Source: Octopus sinensis (Eukaryota). From it: a stretch of DNA of 64,000 bases. Below the pieces are notes generated by a model, which was not told where the DNA came from, made no database searches, and worked only from the letters and a program-made list of their open reading frames with translations. Within the stretch, counting starts at the first letter, position 1. The number at the start of each line of letters is the position of its first letter. Positions 41,796 to 54,473 of this stretch are shown here, piece by piece. A program made the position numbers and the translations under genes. The DNA lies in NCBI RefSeq assembly GCF_006345805.1, contig NC_043008.1, positions 8,308,001 through 8,372,000 of the forward strand, read 5' to 3'.

Positions 41796-41955
41796 TATAA
41801 TAACAAAACAGTAAAATTAAATAATTAATTAATCAATTATTAATAATTTTACCAAGTATTTCGGTACGTTAAAATAACCCTTTTAGGTAAAATTATACAA
41901 TATTCTAAAATTATGCTTAAAATTAGAGAATCTTGTGTATATATATATATATATC

Positions 41956-42053
<98 letters not shown>

Positions 42054-42057
42054 CATA

Positions 42058-42093
<36 letters not shown>

Positions 42094-42250
42094 TGTATGT
42101 ATGTATGTATGTATGTAGTTGTGTGTGTGTATGTGTGTGTTATGGTATGTGTATACACATATATATAATATATACGTACATATATAGATATATATAGATA
42201 ATGTAAGTATGTATGTATGTACGTGTGTATATGTGTATTCATGTAATTCC
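41520..42250. repeat. Compound (CA)n/(TA)n/(TATG)n microsatellites
   Basis: Direct reading. Confidence 0.93.
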
Positions 42251-42494
42251 GTATACGTGTATGTATAACATATTAAAAACATGGAAATAAAATAAAGTTT
42301 GGTGAATATGATATCGCTTCACATCTTTAATCAATCTGCTTGAATTCCCTCTGGAATATTTCATTCCTGCACTTTAAACGTTATCCCTATGAATCTTTCC
42401 CATCGTGGAAGACCAGCAATGACCCTGGGCTCAGTGAATTCTATCAGACTGAACACAGAAAATTATACCCAGAGGAAAAATCATATTTATCTTC

Positions 42495-42594
42495 NNNNNN
42501 NNNNNNNNNNNNNNNNNNNNNNNNNNNNNNNNNNNNNNNNNNNNNNNNNNNNNNNNNNNNNNNNNNNNNNNNNNNNNNNNNNNNNNNNNNNNNN
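42495..42594. other. Assembly gap (100 N)
   Basis: Exactly 100 N, a typical unknown-size scaffold spacer; contiguity across it is not assured. Confidence 0.99.
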
Positions 42595-43133
42595 ATAATA
42601 TCAAACCTGAATGAGAGTCTGTGTCATGTCGCAAAGCCTTTATGTATGGAGAATCAAACATGGCTTCCACAGATACACACAGACATATATTTACGTAGCG
42701 AACACGCAAACACAGACACACGCATATACAAAATATGTCGTCCTTATTTTGTCGTACTTAACGAACGTGCAAACACACACACCTCACAGATACATACACA
42801 CTCGTATACAAAGTCTAATTAGTATATACATTCTAATTAGTTTTTCTTAGTGAATTAACAAATGGTAAAACTTTAGAATTATCCGGTAGTAGTATAGCCT
42901 GCCTCCCTGAGAAATGAACTGCTAAGAAGCTATATTGGGCCGAACAGTTAGCAGTATTTAAGTAAAACATCGCTTCGGTTTTGGATAGCTTTAAACCAAG
43001 AACATTTCTAGCAAGATTGAAGCTTATACCTTAACATTTTTTACGAGACTGATTCAGAATTTAATATCTAAAAATAACGATGAAATATTGTATGTCTAAG
43101 ACGTCTTGTTAATCAAATTGTTTTTGGAGTATA

Positions 43134-43576
43134 TCTATTATATAAAATCCGTTCTGTCTGTGTGGGTGTCTTCTAGGATCTCGGGTATCCTCCATCCGAT
43201 TGCGTTCAAATTTGATATGTAGAAACCGACGGTATCAAGGCGTGTATAAGTCTTGAAAATATTACAAAAATCGATTCCAGGTGATAATGCGACCGATAAA
43301 GCCGTGGGAACGTGCATTTGTACGCGCAAGTACATCAGCTGTACATACTGGTAATTTAAACACATCGGTTGCATATTTGTGTGAATAAAATCGGTTTTCT
43401 TTGGAATAGAAAAAAATCTATCTTTATTTCTTCTATTGCCGGTGACTCAAATTTAGGTTAAATTAGTGTTTCTCAAAGGGGCGGCCTATGGCACGGTCAG
43501 ACAAGTTGTTTTGAGAACATTCGGTTTAAATGTTTGACAACTCAGCCCCGTCCATTGGACGGGGACGTTTTGCTCG
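43134..43576 (+). mobile_element. Second non-autonomous Helitron-like element, 443 bp
   Basis: Starts A|TCTATTATATAAAA. Ends with palindrome CCCCGTCCA-T-TGGACGGGG (43546-43564), 8 nt, then CTCG|T. Geometry is the same as the 12276-12753 element, but the terminal tetramer is CTCG rather than CTAG. Confidence 0.65.
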
Positions 43577-44115
43577 TCATTTATATAACTTCAGCTGTTG
43601 AAAGGGTTGAATATGTCTCTCGTATTGAAAGAATATCCAGTGAATTTACTAAATTAACTGTGACGAATTAATTTACATAGAAAAACAGAGGAAATATATT
43701 TGCACTTGTTATTGTAAAGATCAAGAAATTAGCCGCACTGAAGCATCGTAAAAGTTTTCTGTATTTCCTAAAGGAAGATACAGTTGGGACTTACAGTGGG
43801 ATGAAAGTGTCCAGTTTGTTGATTCTGGGCATTTTCTCATCTCTTTCACCAATACACAGGATCTACTCCTATTTGTATAGACTATATTTTCAAAATATGT
43901 CGATTCATATTTTATTTATTCCCCTAAGCTATTCTTTTATCTTTATGTATCCTACGAGTTTTTGTGAGCTTATTGTAAGTTTTGTTAGCTAAGGTATATT
44001 AGGGGGTCTTCAAAATTATCTTAATAGAGAATTGAAACATATCAATTTAAACGATTTATTATCATTGTCGTAATAGCTATCATCGTCGTAAACAACAACA
44101 ACATCGCCATTGTTG

Positions 44116-44146
<31 letters not shown>

Positions 44147-44567
44147 TTTCGCCATTGTCATCGTGCTAATATCATCACTATCACGACGACAACTACGACT
44201 ACCATCGCCTGCCCCACCAGCTCAATGTAAAGGCATAAAACAATAAATTAATTTTAATCACATACTTTCGAAGGTGTTATTTTCCCAAAGTACTTGCAAT
44301 AGAGCGCTTTTTAGCTAACTTTTAAAAGCGTTCTATGAGTGTGTGTCAGTGAATTATAAATATCATTCCTGCATTTCCAGCTAAACATTCAAGTGTTTAT
44401 TTCTGTTTTATTGAATATCTTATTATCCATGTAAACAAACAACAACTCGCTTTCTTTTTAGATGAGAATATTTATTTCCATGGCGTTTTAAAAAATATAC
44501 AAAAAAATATACAAATATACAAAACGTCAGCTCATAAATATGCACATATTTGCCTATGCACTTCAGC

Positions 44568-44610
<43 letters not shown>

Positions 44611-44631
44611 AGTGTTTGTGTATGTGTGTGC

Positions 44632-44684
<53 letters not shown>

Positions 44685-45010
44685 TGTGTGTGTGTGCGTG
44701 TGCCTATCTATATATTTGGGCTTCATACTTAAATTCAAGTACCTAATTCCTCTGAATCGTTTATATATATATATATATACGTATGTATGTATATGTATAT
44801 AGATAGATAGATAGATATTTGTATGCTGTGGACTTCGAAACAATCGGATGACCAATTATAGCATTTACTCTGCGTCCCTATTTGTTTAGATCACCAGTGA
44901 TCAAAACCCCCCATATCCTTTATATACACGTACATGCTCATCTGTATCCGGCTATCTAAACATATATATATATATGTTTGTGTGTGTGTTTGTGCATATG
45001 TATATGTATA

Positions 45011-45063
<53 letters not shown>

Positions 45064-45298
45064 TATATATATATATGTATATATATATACTCACGTCTAT
45101 TTGTACTGATGCATGGAACGTGTGTTCAACGCGTGTAAAAGCGTCCGATTTTGTACATATATACTTATATATATATTTTGAGACAGAGAGAAAAAGAGAG
45201 AGACCGGGGTAGAGAGAGAGATACATGTATACCATACATACACACATTCATATGTCTGAAGTTACCGTGATGCGTCGTTAATATTTAGGCTGGATATA

Positions 45299-46470
45299 AG
45301 GCGGCGAGCTGGGAGAAACTTTAGCGCGCCTGGCGAAACACTTAGTGTTATTCCGTCTGCCGCTACGTTCAAATTCCGCTGAGGTCGACTGTTCATTTCA
45401 TCCTTTCGAGGTCGATTAAATTAAGTATCAGTTACGCACTGGGGTCGATATAATCGACTTAATCCCTTTGTATATCCTTGTTTGTCCGATCTGTGTGTAG
45501 CCCCTTGTGGGCAGTAAGGAATTAAGAAACTTAGAAACGTAGAAAGCCGGGCGAAATGTTTAGCGTATTTCGTCTGTTTTTACGTTCTAAGTTCAAATTC
45601 CGCCGACGTCGACTTTACATTTCATCATTTCGGGGTCGATAAATTAAGTAACATTTGCGTGCTGAGGTGGATCTAATCGACTGGACCCCTCCCAAAAAAT
45701 TTCGTGCCTTGTACCTAGAGTAAAAAAGAATACTATGCCAGCTGACAGAATTGTTATCTCGTCAGGCAGAATGCTCAGCGCCATTTCGTCAGTGTTTCCT
45801 TTCTGACTTCAAATTTTGCCGGTGTTGACTTTCCTTTTCTAAATCCGTGGGTCGAGAAAACAAGTACTACTTGAACACTGGTCCCCCAGCGCTAAGAAGT
45901 TGGCCTTGTGCCAAATGCTTGAAATGGATCCTATAAAATACTAAGTGTCGGTTTACCAGAATCATTAGCGCGCTGGGCTAAATGCTTAGTGATATTTCTT
46001 CCGTTATCAAAGGCGGCGAGCTGGCAGAATCGTTAGCACGCAGGGCGAAATGCATAGCCGTATTTCGTCTGCCGTTACGTTCTGAGTTCAAATTCCGCCG
46101 GAGTGGATAAATTAAGTACCAGTTAAGCACTAGGGTCGATGTAATCGACTTAATCCGTTTGTCTGTCCTTGTTTGTCCCCTCTGTGTTTAGCCTCGTGTA
46201 AGTAGTACAGAAATAGATATTTCTTCTGTTATCACGTTCTTGATCCAAATTCGGCCGAGGTAGAGTTTTATTCCAAAATTTGAACTGTCTGATCAAACCC
46301 AAGAAGGTGGTAAGCTGATAGAATCGTCAGTACGGTGTCAAAATAGTTAGTTAGAATTCCTTAGAGATCGATCGTGTCTTTTATCCTTTCGGGGTCGATA
46401 ACCTAGTCGACTTACCTCTCCCCTGAAATTGGTGGACTTGTGCGAAAATTTAAAAATATATTATCAGACC
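45299..46470 (+). mobile_element. Cluster of about six same-strand SINE family A copies, one nested with a 19-bp TSD
   Basis: Copies at about 45299-45530, 45531-45730, 45737-45927, 45945-46265 (interrupted by 46010-46215) and 46301-46470. TSD GATATTTCTTC(C/T)GTTATCA at 45991-46009 and 46216-46234. Confidence 0.88.
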
Positions 46471-47228
46471 CAAGTATGATAGCACACTTATATATAACTG
46501 ATTGAAGTCTTTTGAAATATTTCTTAAGAGCAAGAAACGATATCTGTATGAATATTGGACTTCTTTCAGCGTACATATCACAAGATAGTACAAAAATACA
46601 TTCAACCAAGCTTATTTGATAAAAATACTCTACACAAATATGACGTGAGACTTGAAACAGAGAGGTAAACAAGAGAATCTATTTCTACAGGCAACTGTAT
46701 AATATATTTCTTTTCTCAACTATCTTACATCTTTAACAAAGAATCAAAATATAAAACTTAAATCATGAAACAAAATACCTAATACGTTTACAGCAGTGAA
46801 ACATTCATTTGTTTCTATATATATATTTTTTTTCATTTTAGTATTCAGAAATATGCGTAAAATCTTGATTATATTTAACAAGTAATTTAAAGATAAACTT
46901 AAGCGTGAAGTGGGATGGTGCCTCTAAACAAATGTCAATTCGATTTTAAATATATCAGTTTATTTATCCAACCACACGAGTAAAACTTAAATAGGGCACG
47001 GTTTTCTATATTACTCTTGCGGTCACTTCAATGTGTAAGATGTTATCAGACATATTTCTCAACTATGAAATGGTTCTGCAACACAATGAAAAGTATAACC
47101 CTATACCGGAGAAATTATTTTTTAATATGTTATGCCTGTTAATATTTTTCCTATTCTAATTTTTTATAGTTCAGTGATTACTAACATGTTATATGCCGAA
47201 TAGCAACATATATAATACATTCTAACAT

Positions 47229-47274
<46 letters not shown>

Positions 47275-47332
47275 AATATATATTATACTATATAATATAT
47301 ATATATATAGGATTTATACGCACACACACACA

Positions 47333-47366
<34 letters not shown>

Positions 47367-47374
47367 AACTTTAT

Positions 47375-47611
47375 TTATTTAAAAACAGCAGAAATATAAC
47401 AAAACCTGCTACTCAGAGTTCCCGTTAAAATAGAATAATAGAATAACAGCTAACTGTACTGTAACATTCGGGTTATGTCCGATGAACGGGAACGTGAAAC
47501 TGAGTAACAGCTTTTGTTATATGTCTGCTGCTTTTAAATAATTCATATTACTCTACCTCTGGTATTTGAGTACTCTTTTACCACTCTTTTATATTTATTT
47601 GCTTACTCCGG
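47375..47611 (+). mobile_element. Fold-back PLE-pseudo-LTR-like element between two (TA)n tracts
   Basis: Inverted repeat 47375-47426 / 47485-47541; the right arm overlaps a hammerhead-like fold. Confidence 0.65.
47476..47509 (+). ncRNA. Minimal type I hammerhead-like fold with U4C core variant
   Basis: Stem I TGT/ACA; core CCGATGA 47479-85; stem II ACG-GGAA-CGT; GAAA 47496-99; stem III ACT-G-AGT; GUA triplet, predicted cut after 47506. Confidence 0.6.
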
Positions 47612-47612
47612 T

Positions 47613-47659
<47 letters not shown>

Positions 47660-47662
47660 TAT

Positions 47663-47697
<35 letters not shown>

Positions 47698-47814
47698 GTA
47701 TATATATATTATACATACATGTATATTATATATATATATAGATATATAATATATATATATATACATACATGTATTTATATATATATATATATATTATATA
47801 TATATACATACATG

Positions 47815-47858
<44 letters not shown>

Positions 47859-47922
47859 CTTATATATATATATATATATATATATACTACATGATTTATA
47901 TATATATATATATATTATATAT

Positions 47923-47954
<32 letters not shown>

Positions 47955-47955
47955 A
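47612..47955. repeat. Long interrupted (TA)n tract
   Basis: Direct reading. Confidence 0.95.
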
Positions 47956-50138
47956 ATAAGTAAATTTTTGAGTTATATGTTATTGTGTTTTTTCCGTGGG
48001 TTTATGGTAGTTGTGAAACTATAAGCAAGACCCTTCCGAAGAAATGTTTGCTGTTATTCATGTTTAGATTAGCACTATATATGCATTAATGTCATGAATT
48101 TAAGAAGAGACGTTTACCTGTGTTTTTCAGCTGCTTTTTTAAAGATTAACAGAGAGCAGAAGACTTTGCTTTGTGTCTCCAAATTTTCGCTGAGTGCAAC
48201 TTACGCAATGGATGAAGGACTCCAGCCATTACTCTCAACAAGCACTCTGCGACTGACAAGAAAGGAAGATGAAAGAAACGCAGACCTGCCCCGAATAGTC
48301 ACAGCACAGTCAGCTGTTAAATTCAAGTGTGTTCCATATGATTGGCAAAAATGAACAAGTCGTTTACAAATCCGAAACTAATTACATCAGGCATGATTCC
48401 ACACAATTGTAACAGTAACATCGCCAAACCGACGCTTTTGTTGAAATCTTGTACCCAAAGTGCCAGTAAAATGGACCAACGGAGGAATCACGCTATTACA
48501 AAAAATGATTTGCTGTATAACACAAATTTCCGTTACTAAAATTATGTGAGCTGCTTGTTTGAATTCATATTACTTCAAAATATATTTGATAGGCTGTGTT
48601 CTGTAATATAAAAATGATGGAATGTTCAGTTGATGTGTTTTTCTCTACAGATGGTTTTTTTTTTCAATGGAGAATGTAATTACTCCAACGGTAGTAGATT
48701 AATGGAGTCTGTAAAGATTGTGGAAAAAGTACATTGCTGTATTTACAAACGAAAGTTGACATTCTGTTTAGGAACGAAGCATGCGTTAATTAAAACAATA
48801 AACGCTGTAGCATTAGCATAAAGATTGATATAATAGATTTACATCAGCCCCTTTGTAGCTATGTAAGAAAATATTGTTAAATATCTGCCACCGACAAACC
48901 AACTGCAATTATCACATCACTGGTGTATAACCAAACATTCTACGCTACAATGCTTCTCACTAAGGAAAGACTACTGTTGACACGAATCTTCAGAAATTTA
49001 TCGAATGTCTTAACCAGTCCAAATCTTCTACCCAGGTAACGCGATGAAGAATACACAGGCAGAACAAGGCAAAGCAAGCAGCTTTGCTGTTACGAAAGAT
49101 GAATACAATTATTTACTTTCGGAATGTGACTTGAAATATGATGCTCCCTCGAAGATAATACTTTAAATTATAAACTTAATGAATGTTCTTGAGAAACTAT
49201 TAATATTTTGCCAAAAGCAGTTGCATAGTTTGGCACAATCTCATAGTTCTGCTGCTTACAATTCTAGGAATTGGCAGGCGGCCAGATGAAGATGGAATAC
49301 AAGAGGAATAGCAAGTGCTTCAATTTCAACTACATACTCCAAACCTACGGGCTTGAGAAATCAACAGAAATCAAGAGTCTAAAAATATATTAAACGCACG
49401 AGACTAAAATCATTATAGCATTATGATAGAAAATTTAGATTTCCCTCTTGAAAAACTAAAGCCAAAAATCATGGACTTCGTGTTTCAAGTGGGAAACGAA
49501 AGACATTTAATGTTGCATCGTATTGAAGAGAGGCATTTATGTGGGCGGATCGCAAAGCAAGTGGTTTTGTTAATAAATTGTCTGTTAAATCTAATGCCTT
49601 CCTTCATACATGCCATAAATCAGAATCACGGTGGTTCGTTTTTCAATTCTCCATCGAAATCCCAGAATATATTCCTGATTAGAAAAAGTAAACATAAAGA
49701 TAGTTTCTATCGATTATTTGCCAAATACGAAAGCCAACCTAGAGCTGTGAGATTTATTGTAATGTTTTACGAATAGTGTCCAACTGCTACCTAAGTTTCG
49801 CCCTCCACTATGTGTATTCTCTATACGTACGTGGATACTAGTGACCACCTACATACGGAGTAAATATATACAGTGACAAAATTGTGAGAGGTATTATATA
49901 GCACTAAATAAAAATAATGTAAAAGTAACCCATATTGATTGATGGGTATACCGAAGTAGACACTGCTTTATTAAATAACATTGATGTATACCCATTAAAC
50001 GTTAATGCTTTCAGAGGAAAGTACATTTTGTTCAAGAAAAGCACGTTTAATAATGAAGCTTTTGTTTCCAGTTCATATCAATGCAGTTGAAGTCTTACAA
50101 TAGCGGCATATTTCAGCGATATTTTGACTGAAATAATA

Positions 50139-50946
50139 TATTTTCTGCTCTAGCACACGGCCCGGAATTTTGTGGGGAGGGGGCCAGCCGATTAGATCGA
50201 CCCCAGAAAGCAACTAGTACTTAATTTATCGACCTCGAAAGGATGGAAGGTAAAGTCAACCTCAGAGGATTGAACCCAGAACGAAAAAAACAGACGAAAT
50301 ACCACTAGGTATTTTACCCGGCGTTCTAAGGTTTTGAGGGACCGTGCCAGTCGATTAGATCTATCCCATTACGCAACTGGTGCTTAATTTATCACCCCAC
50401 TCCAAAAGGATGAAAGGCGGAATTAAACTCAGGACGTAAAGACAGATGAAATACGGCTAAGTATTTCGCCCGGCGTGCTAACGTTTCTTATTTCTTTATT
50501 GCCCACAAGAGGCTAAACAAAGAGGGGACAAACAAGGACAGACAAAGTGATTAAGTCGATTACGTCGTCCCCAGTGCGTTACTGGTTTTTAATTTATCAA
50601 CCCCGAAAGTATGAAAGGCAAAGTCGTCCTCGGCGGAATTTGAACTCAGAACGTAAAGACCGACGAAACACCGCTAAGCATTTCTGCCAGCTCGTCACCT
50701 TTGATTGATTTAATATTAAAGTACTTCAGATTCGCAGTGAGTTCGCAGGATTGTTAGTACGGAGGGAAAAATGCTTAGCGGTATTTCCTCCGTCTTTACG
50801 TTCTGACTTCAAATTCCACCGTGGCCGACTTTGCCTTCCGTCCCCTCGAGGTCAATAAAATAAGTACCAGTTAAGCAACGGTGTGAACGTAACGGATTTA
50901 CCCCTGCAACCGTAATTGCTGGCCTAGTGTCAAAATATGAAACTAG
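50139..50946. mobile_element. Cluster of four SINE family A copies: three minus (50139-50330, 50331-50487, 50487-50702), one plus (50727-50946)
   Basis: Core and tail motifs as above; the plus copy is flanked by TATTAAAGTACTT at 50714-50726 and 50947-50959. Confidence 0.88.
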
Positions 50947-51803
50947 TATTAAAGTACTTGAGGAATTTTATACCTGAATATATACTAAAGTACTTCAGAT
51001 TCCAAAATCTGAACCACATGTAAGTTTTCTTGAAGTACAAGTCATTCATAATACATATGGATACATGTACACAAACTATAACAGTTTTAAAATCTATAAA
51101 CTTCTAATAGATTAAATACTTTGACATTATTAATAAAAGTGCTTTCCATTATGTTACCGAACACCTGGACATATATACATTAAATATCTTAAATGATATG
51201 TATGTGTGTATGTGATTCTCTGTGAGGGAGTGAGAGAATAAGAGAGAGAATATGTGTGTATGTTTGTGTGTGTGTATGTGTGTGTGTGTGTGAGTGTGTG
51301 TGTGTGTGTGTGTGTTTGTGCCTGTGTCTTTGTATGTAATATTTGGGATTTACACACAAAAATGTATTGAAAAAACATTGAAAATTAAATGAAAATTAGT
51401 GGTTATATGAAAACATATAAAATAGATTTTATTTGTTCGAATCTAGGTATGCAGGTTTTGAATAGCATATATTCATCACCTTAGAAACTCTAATGATCAC
51501 AATTTTATCTTTCTGTTAACAGAAGTGTATGAAAAGGCGTATATATACAAGTGTGAGACTTTGCTTTTCTTCACCATAGTTTCTGTGTCCGTTTCAATCA
51601 CACAATGTAACCGGCAAAGCAGGTTACATTTCTATATTTAAAAAAATTTAAGAGTTACTGCGTTCTGCCATCCTAGACACTGCCTCGACACATTCTTTGG
51701 AAACAAAATTATAATATATAAGCGTTTCTAGGTTTGCGTTCGAAATCCCACCATGCATATGTATTCATATGTATATATGTATATATATATATATGTGTGT
51801 GTG

Positions 51804-52394
51804 TGTGTATATTGACAGGGCAAGGCTGATAGGTAGTTCGGCCGCATGCTAGAAATAGATCATCAACGATCAAACTACAAAGAATGTTCTCTAGAGGAAA
51901 AATTCAGCGAACACCAGAACCAAATTTGGCGGACAGGACAGATGAAAATTTATATAAAAAAAACAGAATTAATTGCATACCTCGGTTTCGGCCTTTAACA
52001 AAAGAATTACTTACATAATTCAAATGTCCGTGGCCTCATCAGTACAATCGTTCAGTGTAAATGCAATTTAAATAGCTAACCCCAGCTTTCTGTGCCAAAA
52101 CAGACACGTGTTTAGTTTTACCGATAACATTAGGGATAAAATTTCAAATGTCTTAGTTCCGGCGCGCTAAAAATTCCTGAAGCGAGGAATTGCAGTAAAT
52201 AATTCACTGCGGTTAGTGCTTGCTACTAGAGAACGTACTTATTTCAATATTTAAATAATGAGGGAGATAAATTAATATTAATTTTAATATCAATTTAAAA
52301 CCAGTATTCTAGCATACAAAAATCTGAAAAATCAGAGAAAATTCTAATACATGTGTATATTATAATACATGTGTATATTGACAGGGCAAGACTG
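51804..52394 (-). mobile_element. Hammerhead-bearing non-coding element bounded by a 25-bp direct repeat (PLE pseudo-LTR / retrozyme-like)
   Basis: TGTGTATATTGACAGGGCAAG(G/A)CTG at 51804-51828 and 52370-52394 (566-bp period); intact hammerhead inside; dinucleotide tracts on both sides. Confidence 0.7.
51972..52048 (-). ncRNA. Type I hammerhead ribozyme with canonical core
   Basis: Minus strand: ATTGTA-CTGATGA-GGCC-(38 nt)-GGCC-GAAA-CC-GA-GG-T-A-TGCAAT. Stem I 6 bp, stem II 4 bp G-C, stem III ACC/GGT, GUA triplet, predicted cut between 51978 and 51977. Confidence 0.85.
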
Positions 52395-52697
52395 CTTATA
52401 TATATATATATATATAAGGAATACAAAAAATTGGACGAGAACGCAAAACATCCAGACATAAGTGTTTAATTCGATGTATCATTTCAACCATTTTGAAGGA
52501 CAGCAAAAGAGCATTTTTACGGTGACATCAAAATCAGTGTAGTCACAAATTATGGTAAATTTTATATTGACTCCAACCTGAATCTCCATCCGTAAGCTTG
52601 ACCAGCCGGTTGTTGAAGAGATCGGCAGACGATATTTGCATCTAGTCACTTGAAATTTTACAGTAATTATTTAAGTATCTTGTTGTGTTTAGGGAGA

Positions 52698-52736
<39 letters not shown>

Positions 52737-53262
52737 AGTAAATGTACATATGTGTGTGTGTCTGTGTACGCGTATTTTCTGTCTTTGTCTTCCATACATA
52801 TATGTTTACTTCAGATTCCAAAATCGGAACCACATGTAAGTTTTCTTGAAGCACAAGTCATTCATAATGCATATGGATACATGTATACAAATTACTTATT
52901 TGATATAAAATATGCTTATAAACTACGGTGAGCTATAAACTATGATATCCGAAAACATTTGAAATTTTGTTTCGACCCGAGTCGAATACAATAAACACAT
53001 ACTGATCTCGGAAAACAGCTTCGTAAGCCTATTTAATTATATACATATAAGCAACTCTCCTTTTTCCATTGAGGCCATATGCTAATAGTTTGTTTTTGAA
53101 ATTCGTCTTTCATTTCAAGTGAGTGAGAGAGAAAGAAAGAGATACTTATACATATAGATATGTAAAGGGGGAGACAAGTAGTTAAATATACATACATACG
53201 CACACAGACACACACGCACACAGATATACACACATTCATACACGCATGCATGCATACATATT

Positions 53263-53290
53263 GATAAATAGATAGGTAGATATATGGTTT

Positions 53291-53337
<47 letters not shown>

Positions 53338-53388
53338 GGCTGGATAGAATGTTTGATAGATAAATAGATAGATGGATAGACAGTGAAG

Positions 53389-53443
<55 letters not shown>

Positions 53444-53452
53444 GTAGTTAGG

Positions 53453-53510
<58 letters not shown>

Positions 53511-53544
53511 TATAGATAGATAGATAGATAGATAGATACAGATA
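53263..53544. repeat. (GATA)n tetranucleotide tract
   Basis: Direct reading. Confidence 0.97.
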
Positions 53545-54406
53545 TGTAATGAGAGGGAGATAGTATGTGTTACTCTAAAATATGAAATATTTAGTTTAAA
53601 CTCTACAAAATATTTTCGCATACAGCGTAATAATATGAATTAATTCTCCATAAACTTATTCATTTATGTTTGCGCTATAAATATCGAGGTCGACTCCTGA
53701 AGAGAGAACATATATGTCTCATAGTTTCTTTTATAGAATCTTTAGAAATTTCTAAAAGACTTTTCCTTTAAAGAAAATTATGATATATCTACCTATACAT
53801 GCATACAAACATATAGGAACGTACATATATGTATAACAATAGATTGATGCCTATGCATATATGTATATATATACAAACATACGCGCATAGACGTATAAAT
53901 ATATGTATGTATATATGAATCTCTATATGCATGCTTGTAAGAAATATTTCGACGATGTCTCGAATACTTCAATATAAATTCAGGAAACCGATTTAAATTC
54001 ATAATTTGAAAATTTTTTTTTTTTGGAATTGAAGAACATATAAAAGTAAGTTCCACATATACCTCTGACACTACTTTCAAAGTTTCATTGAAGAATTTCA
54101 TTCAGAATAGTATTTTGATATATATTTAGCATTAAATGAATAAAAAGTATTTAGACTTAAAATATTAATGTTAACACTTTGCAAATGTCAACTTTCCAAC
54201 TCAATACATTTTCATCTGCCCACCGACACACACACACATATATATATTCATCATTTGTCTTTCAGTATGCATTAGTTCCGCTTCTGTGTGTATATGTGTA
54301 CCTTTATGTTAGTGATCTTGTGCGCTGTTCTGTGTCTAACATATATACATGTATTACGAACATTTATATATTTGTATGTTTCTATATATACGTAAGTATA
54401 TATATA

Positions 54407-54473
<67 letters not shown>

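Noticed and set aside
42340-42822. ORFs spanning the N run
   Set aside because: Artefacts of translating through an assembly gap.
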